DNA from: Phycisphaeraceae bacterium
GTDB taxonomy: Bacteria; Planctomycetota; Phycisphaerae; Phycisphaerales; Phycisphaeraceae
Assembly: GCA_963674705.1 (NCBI GenBank)
Contig: OY771506.1
Span: forward strand, 1,216,001-1,280,000
DNA length: 64,000 nucleotides
Reading direction: 5' to 3'
The first letter of the stretch is position 1; each line of letters begins with the position of its first letter. A program made the translations under genes and the position numbers. The notes beneath the pieces are model-generated. The model was not told where the DNA came from. It searched no databases and saw nothing but the letters and a program-made list of their open reading frames with translations. Shown here one piece after another: positions 8,237 to 17,645 of this stretch.

Positions 8237-11200
8237 AATGACGGCGGTAAGCAAACGTGAGCCCTAGCGCCAGCAACACAAACGTGGTCGGCTCGGGGAT
8301 ATTCGCGTTCGACCCTGGCGGCGTGCCCGCGTTCCAATTAGCTAACACGATATCCAGATCGTCCAGCCCGACGTAACCATCACCCGATGGATCTGCACGC
8401 GAGTCGCTAGGCGGAACGCTCTGGTTCCAGTTTGCCAGCACGATGTCCAGATCGTCCAGCCCGACGAAACCATCGCTGTTCAGGTCGCCCAGGATGGCGG
8501 TGAAGTTGGCGAGGATGATCTGCATATCTTCGAAACCTGTCGTGCCGTCGTTGTTCATGTCGCCCGTGGCCCAGCCGGTCCCGGTCACGCCGTTGTATTG
8601 CATCGCGATATCCAGGTCCTGCTGATCGACATCGCCGTCCAGGTCCACATCGCCGTACGTCGTTTTGAAGATGTTTTCCAGCAACACGACTTCATCATCA
8701 CTGTCGGTGAGGCCGTTGACATCAAGGTCATAAAGCCAGTCTGTCGAGCCGAACTGTAGACGCAGCATATCGATGTCGCTTGCATCGGTCAGGCTGTCGT
8801 TGTTCAGATCGCCCCGGCCAAGCAGCACCTGCTCGAAGGCGTCCATCGTGGATTGATCCGCCCCACCGCTGAGAAGTTCATCTTCAAGCGCGAACAGGTC
8901 GCGGTTGTCCACCAGCCCGTCGCCAGTGACATCCGCTGCGGCGTGGAACTTGTCGTTCTGGCTGTAGAGGATGTCTTCAAATCCGCCCGGCGCAGCCGTC
9001 AGATCGCTCGGCGATAGAACATTGTCGGAATTAAGATCGCCGAAACCCGCGCCGTTTGCGCCGCTCGTGTACATACCGGCGAAGCGTTGAATGTTGTACG
9101 TGCCTGTGGATTCAACCGTCAGCAGTGTGATGACATGGTTGCCATCTTTCACGTTGAGGAACTCACGCCGGAACAGATCGCGATCGATCTGGAGCGTGGC
9201 GTTTTGTGAAGGATTGATGTCGAGGATGTCTTCTTCGCTTATATTAGCAGGCAAGTCGATGTAAACGAAGATCGCCGCCGCGGTCAGATCGACACTGCTC
9301 ATGACAAGGTCCATGTCGCCTGTGCCGCCGCCGTTCAATTCAAAACTGTCGATCGCGGATTCCGGCGGCAAAAGATCGATGTAGACCACGCGTTTCTGAT
9401 CGTCATAGATCGCCGGGCCGGAATCACGATGGCGGAACGTTCGGCCGGTGATGTAGTGATAGCCCTCGGATAACTGCGTGGCGTCGATAACCTGTTCGTA
9501 TACACCCGTGCCCGTGCCGATGTTTGTTCCCGAACCGTTGTCGATGTAGCCGGGCGTGTTGGTGGTCAGGAACCTCTCGAACCCGTAGACGACTGATCCG
9601 GGTGTGACAAAGTCCACGGCCCCATTTCCGTTGGCGTCATACCCTTCATCAATCTTGAACGCGGCGAAGTCGCCGTCGGCATCGTAATCTCGCCAACCGT
9701 CAGGCAGCGTCACAGCACTGCTGTCCAGCCGGATCGTAAAGGTGCTCGATTTAATGACATCAACATCGCCGATCACCGCGGTTGCGCTCGTGGATGCGGA
9801 GCCCACGCCTGCATCCGTACTGTCGACATTGGTCAGGCTCATGCTGACTTCGGGCGCCGCCAGGCCGTAGATCACGTAACCCTTGCCATGCGTAGCATTC
9901 GCCGGGATTTTGATTGTGACCTGTCCGCTGCCGTCCACGACGATCGTATTGGGGATGTTGTCACCAGGATCGATATTGACATCATCCGCGTTGCCGGTCA
10001 GCTCAACCAGGTGTACACCGGGTTCAAAACCGGTCTGCACGCCGCTGCGCGTTTCGATGTAGTTATCAAGCCGGCTACTCAAACCAATGATCGCGGAGTT
10101 CTCTCGTTCGTAGATGTAGATGTTGGAAAATCCACTGGGATTGAACGCATCATCGAGCCAGCGTTCATGGAAGTCGCCCCGGCCGTGTGAGTTTCGGATA
10201 TCCAGCAGCGTGGTGATCGTGTCGGAACTGTACCCGCCGAGCGCATCATCGCGCCCATCATTGGGGAATTCTCGCCCTCCACCGAATTCTTCGGCGTTGT
10301 GATAAACGATGGCTTGGCCCGGCAGCATGAGTGTGTAGGCATAAGCGACGTTTTCAAGATAAGGGAACCCACCGGCAAGATCATCATGGCTGCCGACAAA
10401 ACTCACGCCTTGGCTGCCGTTGCGCAGCCCGTCGTCGGCCAAGTCCTGCCCGGCATTGCGGATGTTGTGCCAGTTATTCGCGTAGCCGTTACCCGTGAGG
10501 TTGTTCCGCAACGCGAAGAACAATGAGAAGTCCAGCGCGTCGCGGTTACCTTGAACCTCGTTGTCCGAAGTATCGATGCCGTACTGATTCGTTAACCCGC
10601 GATTGATGTATGTCTGAACCGTCCCGGTATTGCCGTCGAGCACTTCGCTGAACGAGTAGATCGGCTTGATCGTTCCATCGTGCTGGATCGTGTTGCTCGC
10701 CGCGTATACCGCCTGGTCCAGCATGTCGAGCGTGGATTCGGGGAAGTGTTTGGCCGCGTCGATACGGAAACCGTCCACACCGATGACCTGGATCATCCAT
10801 TGCGAGTACCGCATGAGCATCTGCTCAGCCGTCTCGACGGTCGCGTCGCCGGCCATCGGGTCGGACGTGTTGAAGTTATATCGCGTGATCAGGTATTCAC
10901 CCGGCCCCGGATCGACATCCAGCACGGTGCCGGGCGAATCCAGGTCCGGGTAGTACTGGGCGTTGGATGCGGTCGGGACATTCGCGATGCGGCCAAACGC
11001 GGGCGTCGTTCCTGCCGGGATGTTGTTCGGATCATCCGGATCGACAGGATGCCGAATGTAAGCGATCGTTTTTTCCTGTGCGATGTCGATCAAACCCGAG
11101 AGCCGGCCGTTCAGATCACCCGATTCATATGCACCGTGAAAGTCGCCATCAACATCACCATCCGTTGATAACACGAAACCGGGGTACCCGCCGGCATCCA

Positions 11201-11654
11201 GGAAGGAGTTGCTGCCGTCGTAGGTCGACAGGTCGCTGAAGCCGTTGTGGTTCAGGATCAGGTCGGTGTAGACACTGATACCGGCGTTGTGTGCCGATTC
11301 GATCGCGGTCTTCAAACCCGTTTCTGTGCCGTATCCCGTGGACCGGTTTTCATCACCCAGGTCGAAACGATCGTACACGTCGTAGCCTACCGACTGATCG
11401 CCCGAATCCGCACGTCCCGGCGGGGGCAGCCAGATCGCGCCGTAACCGGCGTAGAACATATCGACGGACCGCTGCTCAACCGTTTCCCACGAGGCATCAA
11501 AGATCTGGAGTATGGTCGTCTGCGAAACATCCTCGGCATGAGTAAGCGTCGGACACAGACAGCACACCATGGCCGCTATCGCGCCAGTGATAAGCCGCTC
11601 GCGTCTGGATGATGTTGTGATGTTGATCGAACGCTTCTCCACCGCTTGGTGCAT
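8235..11654 (-). CDS. secreted GH13 alpha-amylase-family enzyme with dockerin-like Ca-binding repeats and PEP-CTERM sorting signal
   Basis: Signal peptide; GYDVYDRFDLG, GFRIDAAKH, FSEVLD, FVGSHDD catalytic motifs; about eight GDxNxDG repeats; C-terminal IPEP + TM + RRH. Confidence 0.9.
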   Translation of the reverse strand: MHQAVEKRSINITTSSRRERLITGAIAAMVCCLCPTLTHAEDVSQTTILQIFDASWETVEQRSVDMFYAGYGAIWLPPPGRADSGDQSVGYDVYDRFDLGDENRSTGYGTETGLKTAIESAHNAGISVYTDLILNHNGFSDLSTYDGSNSFLDAGGYPGFVLSTDGDVDGDFHGAYESGDLNGRLSGLIDIAQEKTIAYIRHPVDPDDPNNIPAGTTPAFGRIANVPTASNAQYYPDLDSPGTVLDVDPGPGEYLITRYNFNTSDPMAGDATVETAEQMLMRYSQWMIQVIGVDGFRIDAAKHFPESTLDMLDQAVYAASNTIQHDGTIKPIYSFSEVLDGNTGTVQTYINRGLTNQYGIDTSDNEVQGNRDALDFSLFFALRNNLTGNGYANNWHNIRNAGQDLADDGLRNGSQGVSFVGSHDDLAGGFPYLENVAYAYTLMLPGQAIVYHNAEEFGGGREFPNDGRDDALGGYSSDTITTLLDIRNSHGRGDFHERWLDDAFNPSGFSNIYIYERENSAIIGLSSRLDNYIETRSGVQTGFEPGVHLVELTGNADDVNIDPGDNIPNTIVVDGSGQVTIKIPANATHGKGYVIYGLAAPEVSMSLTNVDSTDAGVGSASTSATAVIGDVDVIKSSTFTIRLDSSAVTLPDGWRDYDADGDFAAFKIDEGYDANGNGAVDFVTPGSVVYGFERFLTTNTPGYIDNGSGTNIGTGTGVYEQVIDATQLSEGYHYITGRTFRHRDSGPAIYDDQKRVVYIDLLPPESAIDSFELNGGGTGDMDLVMSSVDLTAAAIFVYIDLPANISEEDILDINPSQNATLQIDRDLFRREFLNVKDGNHVITLLTVESTGTYNIQRFAGMYTSGANGAGFGDLNSDNVLSPSDLTAAPGGFEDILYSQNDKFHAAADVTGDGLVDNRDLFALEDELLSGGADQSTMDAFEQVLLGRGDLNNDSLTDASDIDMLRLQFGSTDWLYDLDVNGLTDSDDEVVLLENIFKTTYGDVDLDGDVDQQDLDIAMQYNGVTGTGWATGDMNNDGTTGFEDMQIILANFTAILGDLNSDGFVGLDDLDIVLANWNQSVPPSDSRADPSGDGYVGLDDLDIVLANWNAGTPPGSNANIPEPTTFVLLALGLTFAYRRH

Positions 11655-11861
11655 GTTTCACTCCTGACTCATGCCGATCTCAAGTAGGCCGATCGCGCGA
11701 CGACGGGGCGATCAACCTGTTTTCCAGAGCTTGATACACCGGTCCACACGCATGAAGGGCCATCGCAATCAGCTCGTTGTTGAAAACCACGGCACGGCGG
11801 TCAGGCCGCGCCGCGGGAGGAATGTCACACACGATGGATCAATGGTCCATCGAACCCATCA

Positions 11862-12830
11862 TCAGCGGCGGCGAAGCATCGCCAGTGCACCCAGACCGAG
11901 CAGCGCCATGCTGGCCGGTTCGGGGATCACAAAGTACTGATCACCCGCGTACTGGTTGAAGTTGATGCCGGCCAGGTTGCCGGTGAAGTTGCCGCCACCA
12001 TCGCCACCGAGGTTGCCCTGCGGGGGGGTAAGCCCGCCGAGGACCTGGTTGGAGTGGTAGTTGTTGTCGCCGTTGCCGTAGACAGCGTGGATCTTGATGT
12101 CGCCACCGGTGTAGCCGAGGTCGGCCAGTGCGATGGAGAATTCAAGACCGGTGGTTACAGCAGCGGCCGCGACGGGATCAGAAGCCTGATCGCCACCGAT
12201 GACACCGGCGATGTTGGTGTTGTTGAAGCCGAAGTACACGTCACTGGTCAGGAACGTACCGGCATCAGCGCCGGTGGTGGCGGTGCCGCCGGCCAGGACC
12301 GTGCCGGTCTGAACACCGGTTCCCACACCGGTGTCTGCGGCGCCGTAGTTACCGAGTTCCGCGCCCGGGGTGCTGTTTGAGCGATCGACGACGTCCATCT
12401 CAAATGCGCCACCGTTCCAGCGACCAAACAGGTGGTAGTCAGCCTCGAAGCCTGTATCAAAGGTCAGGCCGCCGAAGTTCGACGAGACGTCGGAGAAGTC
12501 GTAGGCCAGTGAGCCGTCGAGGGTGTTCTCGCCGCCGGCCTTCGAGTCGATGAAGACGCTGACCTTGTTGAAGTTGGGCTCGATGTTGCCTGTGAGCATG
12601 ACGTACAACCGGCCGCCGCTGATCACCGCATAGCCTGCGTCCAGTTCACCGCCACCGCCGGCGCCCATCCCGGTCGGGTCGCTGGCGTCACCGAACTGTG
12701 TCTGTACGGTCTGCACCGCCAACGCGGAGCCATAACCCGCATCGACCGTGCCGTCGACCACAATCGCTTGCGCGTTGCCGGCCACTGCCAACAACGCTGC
12801 GGTCGAAAATGCTGTTACGTAGCCTTTCAT
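11862..12830 (-). CDS. PEP-CTERM surface protein, Gly/aromatic-rich, no catalytic motif recognised
   Basis: Signal peptide (AQA); C-terminal IPEPASMALLGLGALAMLRRR; AGGAGG RBS. Confidence 0.9.
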   Translation of the reverse strand: MKGYVTAFSTAALLAVAGNAQAIVVDGTVDAGYGSALAVQTVQTQFGDASDPTGMGAGGGGELDAGYAVISGGRLYVMLTGNIEPNFNKVSVFIDSKAGGENTLDGSLAYDFSDVSSNFGGLTFDTGFEADYHLFGRWNGGAFEMDVVDRSNSTPGAELGNYGAADTGVGTGVQTGTVLAGGTATTGADAGTFLTSDVYFGFNNTNIAGVIGGDQASDPVAAAAVTTGLEFSIALADLGYTGGDIKIHAVYGNGDNNYHSNQVLGGLTPPQGNLGGDGGGNFTGNLAGINFNQYAGDQYFVIPEPASMALLGLGALAMLRRR

Positions 12831-12939
12831 ACCATCCTCCTTTTAAAGTGATTATAAATGCGTCTCACGTGTTAAAGGCCCGGCAAGTTCGCCGAACCAT
12901 CTGGTTCAGTAATGGTGTTGACTGGTTTTCTCGACTTGC

Positions 12940-13380
12940 TTAACCGTTTTAATCTGTTTCCCAAATAATAGTCCCGCGAAGGACGGTTGTCTTCGGAAGC
13001 GTGTGGGGGATGCATCGCAGAAAGGTGTTTATTTTCTCCTGGCCCGCCCAGCCTCCAAGCGATACGGGTTCTCCTCCGTTGCTGAATATACCCTCAAGCC
13101 GTTTCATGTCAAGCATATATCCCGTATTATCGCTGTAAATGTCATTATCACAAACGTTTTCAATGCAAACAGCTATGCCGGCAAACATCACACATATTAG
13201 TACAATGTTAGGTATTTTTCACCACCTGGCCGTCGGCCTGTTTTTTACTGTCGCACACAAACCACGAATTGGACTACATTAATCTGCATCTGCCACTGGT
13301 TTTTCTCACTTCTTTCGTCCATACTTACTTGACGCTGTTCAACGATCCGTTAAACTGTTTAAGCAGTTAACGGTTTAGCA
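12940..13380. promoter_or_regulatory. divergent AT-rich promoter region with candidate LacI-family operators
   Basis: CG-centred AAC-GTT-type pseudo-palindromes: ttaaccgttttaa (~12940), acaaacgttttca (~13150), ttaaactgtttaa (~13350), ttaacggttta (~13367). Confidence 0.4.
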
Positions 13381-13422
13381 GCCGTTGCGGGGGCCTTGGA
13401 GGTTTTGTACAACCCGGATGCG

Positions 13423-14556
13423 ATGGATATGCCCGACAGTCAGGCTGACATGCTGAATGAACTGGTAGCCAAGCCAGATACACCCGGACAAGTCCGTGGC
13501 CGTCAAGGCAATGGCTCGCGAGCCGGTGGCGCTCGCCGCGTCTCTATGCGCGAGGTCGCACAGCAGGCCAGCGTCTCTGTCGCCACCGTCTCCATGGTCC
13601 TCAACGACAATCCTCGCATCAGCAAGGCCACCCAGATCAAAGTCCGCCGGATCATCGACAAGCTGGGCTATCGGCCGAACCGACTCGCTCAGAGCCTCTC
13701 CAGCCAATACACACGCGTCCTGGCAGTGCTTTTGCCACCGCTTCGCCACGCCTTCAGCGACCCTTACTTCGGCGAACTGCTCAGCGGTATCTGCGACCGT
13801 GCCGACAAGCTCGGCCACAAGATCATGCTCGAAAGCGCCAAGCCCGACTTCCTGCGCGAACGCAAGCACATGGAACTGTTCGAACGCCGCTTCGTTGATG
13901 GCATGTTCTGCCTCGGCGTCAACGACCGCCATCACTGGGTCCGCGACTTCTCTGATGCGGGCTTCCCGATGCTCTGCGTCAATAACTACTTCCCCGAACT
14001 CAACCTCGACTATGTCGTCGCGGATTACCGCAGCGGTGCTGAGCAGGTCATGAACGTTCTGCTGCAGCTTGGTCATAAGCAGATCGCCCTGATCAACGGC
14101 GCCCCCGAAGCCCAGACCGCTCGTGACGTCTTGGAGGTTTACACCGCTCGGATGCAGGATGCCGGCCTGGAATGTGACACAAGCTGGACCGCTGACGGCC
14201 GATTCACAGAGGAAGGCGGCGCCGCGGCGCTTAACGAAATAATCGACAGGCACCCCGACGTCTCCGCAATCTTTGCCGGCAACGACAAAATGGCTCTCGG
14301 TGCCATGCACCAGCTTGTCGAACGCGGCCGGCGCGTACCCGGCGACGTCTCGGTTGTTGGTTTCGATGATATTCAGCAGATGGCGTTCGTGAACCCGAGC
14401 CTGACCACTGTTCACCTGCCGCTTTACGAGGTAGGTGCCCGGGCTTGCGAACTACTGGTCCAACGCATCCGCGGCAAGACGGAAAACGTCGCCGAACGGC
14501 TGGCGACGCACCTGGTCCTGCGTGACTCGACGTCCATCGTCCCCGGCAGACGTTAG
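13423..14556 (+). CDS. LacI-family transcriptional regulator (start uncertain)
   Basis: SMREVAQQASVSVATVSMVLN HTH, LGYRPN, NDKMALG, VVGFDD, PSLTTV. Confidence 0.95.
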   Translation: MDMPDSQADMLNELVAKPDTPGQVRGRQGNGSRAGGARRVSMREVAQQASVSVATVSMVLNDNPRISKATQIKVRRIIDKLGYRPNRLAQSLSSQYTRVLAVLLPPLRHAFSDPYFGELLSGICDRADKLGHKIMLESAKPDFLRERKHMELFERRFVDGMFCLGVNDRHHWVRDFSDAGFPMLCVNNYFPELNLDYVVADYRSGAEQVMNVLLQLGHKQIALINGAPEAQTARDVLEVYTARMQDAGLECDTSWTADGRFTEEGGAAALNEIIDRHPDVSAIFAGNDKMALGAMHQLVERGRRVPGDVSVVGFDDIQQMAFVNPSLTTVHLPLYEVGARACELLVQRIRGKTENVAERLATHLVLRDSTSIVPGRR

Positions 14557-14661
14557 ACCGAACTGCGTTTCAACTTTTGATCCATGGGTTGTGGTCCGGG
14601 TCGACACGTTCGTGTCCGATCCATCAGCACCACCCGATTCAGGGAAAGGCGAGGCAACTTG

Positions 14662-17595
14662 ATGATACGGCGTGCACTCCTGGCTTGGTTGGGTGTGTGG
14701 CTGTTGTGTTGCGCAGCCGTCAGCGCGGAATTCAAACCCCCCGCGCTCACTGAAGGCAAGACCGCTGAAGACTTCGGCGGCAAGACCGTTCTGATCGTCC
14801 ACTACCGCCGAGACGCTGCGGACTACGCCGGTTGGAACCTCTGGGCGTGGCACGGGCAGGCCGAAGGCGCCGCCTATGACTTCACCGGTTCGGACGACTA
14901 CGGCCTCTACGCCGTCGCCGTCTACGAAGAGCCCCAACAAAAGATCGGCTTCATCATCCGACGAGGTGACTGGCTCGAAAAAGATGTTGATGAGGACCGG
15001 ATGGTCGAAGCCAACGCCGACGGTATCGCCGAGATATGGGTCCGTCAGGACCGGCTATCTTTTGATACGACCCCCCCACTGATCGATGAAGTCCAAAACG
15101 TCAAACCGGCGGGCCAATCCGGTGACCTCGATCAACTGGACTTCCCGTCTATCGCCCCACCCTCGGCCGAGGCGGTTGGGGCTGAGGGTGTTGTGATCTT
15201 GCACTACCATCGGCCGGACGGCCGATACGACGAGTGGAATGCCTGGGTCTGGGCGGAAGGCAACCAGGGCGGAGCTTATCCTATGCAAGGCAGGGATAAC
15301 TTCGGCGTGTACGCCCAGGTTTTACTCAATGAGCCGGCAGATCGTGTAGGCTTTATCATCCGCCATGGTGATTGGCAGGAACGAGAGGGCGACCAGGATC
15401 GTTTTGTATCCTTAAACGCCTCGGGGGTGGCGGAAGTGTGGATTTTGGCCGGTGAGGAACGTGTGTATATGGACCCCGCGAACCTGGAATTTTCATTACG
15501 TATTCAACGGGCATTGCTTGACGCTCCGGACAAGCTGTACGTCCGCTTGAACCGTCCGGCCAAGGCCGACCAACTCAGCGACCCGCCCGGTTGGATCGAA
15601 GCCGACGGCAAACGTTACCCGGTCGGCGAACTGCGGACCCTGGGGCACGGCGAGGCCGGCTCACGTGACCTGATGATCACCCTCACCGAGCCGATCGCAC
15701 TCGACGCGGTTTCACGTTCGATGATACTCACGCTGCCGGGGCTCGAACCAGCCATCGTCTACGCTCGTGATATTCTCACGGATAAAGCCTTCCACGATCT
15801 CGGCGCCACACTCGGCAGCGATCACACGCCACAAGCCACCGCATTCGCGACATGGTCACCTGTCGCGGATCAGGTTGAACTGCTGCTGTACAAGTCGGCG
15901 GACGATACCGAGCCTTACGAAGTCCACGACATGCACAAAGGCACCGGTTCGGTCTGGCGCACGCGCGTAGAGGGCGATCTGGACGGTGTGTATTACCTCT
16001 ACCGGTTCACATCCTACGATGAAGTCCGCGAGGTCCCGGATATCTACTGCAAGGCCGCGACCAGCGACAGCAGTCGTTCGATGGTCATCAACCTCGACCG
16101 CACCGATCCGCCCGGCTGGGATGAAGATAAGTCACCTACGCCCGCAAGCCCGACGGATGAAGTCATCTACGAAATCCACGTGCGTGACTACTCGATCGCA
16201 GACAAGTCCTGCCCACCCGAGCAGCGCGGCAAGTACCTGGGGCTGATACATAAAAACGATGCCGAACTTGCCACGGGTATTTCACATCTCAAGCAACTCG
16301 GCGTAACGACCGTGCACCTGCTGCCCGTGCAGGACTTCACCGCCACGATGGATGAATACAACTGGGGCTACTGGACCGCCCTGTTCAACGTGCCCGAAGC
16401 GCAGTATTCGACCGACTACGACGACCCGGCCCAGGCGATCAAAGACTTCAAGACAATGGTCAAGGGGCTGCACGATGCGGGTATCCGTGTTGTGATGGAT
16501 GTGGTGTACAACCACACGAGTTCGTCCTTCGCCGCCTCGCCATTCGATCAGACCGTGCCGTGGTATTACTTCCGCACGACGCCGGGCGGACGGCTGCGTA
16601 ACGAATCAGGTACGGGCAACGCCATCGCAGACGAACGTCCGATGGTCCGCAAGTACATCGTGGATTCGTTGGTTTACTGGGTCGAGGAATACCACATCGA
16701 CGGCTTCCGTTTCGACCTGCTGGGCATGACCCATAAGGAAACTGTCGAGAAGATCGAAAGAACGCTGCACGAGATACGCCCGGACATCCTGATCTACGGC
16801 GAACCCTGGACCGGCGGCGGCCCGACCTACTTCCCCAAAGGCGCGCAGAAGAAAATGCACGTCGCCGTCTTCAACGACCACTTCCGCAACGCCATCCGCG
16901 GCGACCTCGACGGTGTCGCGCAGGGCTTTGCCATGGGCGGCGGACACGATCGCGAAATCCGTAACGGCCTCGCCGGTGCGATCGACGACTTCGCCGAAAA
17001 CCCCACCGAAACCATCAACTACGTCTCCGCGCACGACAACCGCACGCTCTGGGATAAACTCACGCACACACTTCCGGATGCGGACGATGCTACAAAACGT
17101 GACATACAAAAGCTCTCGCTCGGTCTGGTCCTGACCGCACAAGGCATCCCCTTCCTGCATGGCGGCAGCGACTTCTGCCGAACCAAACTCGGCAACCACA
17201 ACTCCTACAACGCCGGCGACGCGGTCAACAGGTTCGACTGGCAACGCAAGGCCGAGTACCGCGATGTCTTCGACTATGTCAGCGGCCTGATCACGTTGCG
17301 CCGCGAACACCCCGCGTTCCGCATGACCCAACGCAAACAGATCCGCAAACACATGAACTTCCACGACGGGCCCGGCCCGGTCTGGTATGAACTTGATGGC
17401 GCCGCGGTGGGCGACTCATGGCCTGCCATCATCGCGGCATACAACGGCTCGGTGGACCCGCAGTCGATCAAACTGCCCGAAGGTACATGGAAGATTGTTG
17501 TCAACCACGAACGGGCCGGCGTCGAAACACTCGGTGAAACCTCCGGCAAAGTCGAACTGCCCCCCCACTCCATGATGGTGCTCTATCGTGATTGA
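14662..17595 (+). CDS. pulA: type I pullulanase (GH13) with two N-terminal CBM41/PUD domains
   Basis: Signal peptide; two HYxR-D--Y--WNxW...GFIIR repeats; YNWGY, GFRFDL, YGEPW, NYVSAHDN. Confidence 0.9.
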   Translation: MIRRALLAWLGVWLLCCAAVSAEFKPPALTEGKTAEDFGGKTVLIVHYRRDAADYAGWNLWAWHGQAEGAAYDFTGSDDYGLYAVAVYEEPQQKIGFIIRRGDWLEKDVDEDRMVEANADGIAEIWVRQDRLSFDTTPPLIDEVQNVKPAGQSGDLDQLDFPSIAPPSAEAVGAEGVVILHYHRPDGRYDEWNAWVWAEGNQGGAYPMQGRDNFGVYAQVLLNEPADRVGFIIRHGDWQEREGDQDRFVSLNASGVAEVWILAGEERVYMDPANLEFSLRIQRALLDAPDKLYVRLNRPAKADQLSDPPGWIEADGKRYPVGELRTLGHGEAGSRDLMITLTEPIALDAVSRSMILTLPGLEPAIVYARDILTDKAFHDLGATLGSDHTPQATAFATWSPVADQVELLLYKSADDTEPYEVHDMHKGTGSVWRTRVEGDLDGVYYLYRFTSYDEVREVPDIYCKAATSDSSRSMVINLDRTDPPGWDEDKSPTPASPTDEVIYEIHVRDYSIADKSCPPEQRGKYLGLIHKNDAELATGISHLKQLGVTTVHLLPVQDFTATMDEYNWGYWTALFNVPEAQYSTDYDDPAQAIKDFKTMVKGLHDAGIRVVMDVVYNHTSSSFAASPFDQTVPWYYFRTTPGGRLRNESGTGNAIADERPMVRKYIVDSLVYWVEEYHIDGFRFDLLGMTHKETVEKIERTLHEIRPDILIYGEPWTGGGPTYFPKGAQKKMHVAVFNDHFRNAIRGDLDGVAQGFAMGGGHDREIRNGLAGAIDDFAENPTETINYVSAHDNRTLWDKLTHTLPDADDATKRDIQKLSLGLVLTAQGIPFLHGGSDFCRTKLGNHNSYNAGDAVNRFDWQRKAEYRDVFDYVSGLITLRREHPAFRMTQRKQIRKHMNFHDGPGPVWYELDGAAVGDSWPAIIAAYNGSVDPQSIKLPEGTWKIVVNHERAGVETLGETSGKVELPPHSMMVLYRD

Positions 17596-17645
17596 TCGGG
17601 ATGTGCGCAACGAGATTGTGACTGACTGATGGAGCACGAACAGCC

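Noticed and set aside
8340..8470. Direct DNA repeat near the amylase 3' end as a mobile-element scar
   Set aside because: Corresponds to the duplicated dockerin-like protein motif VGLDDLDIVLANWN
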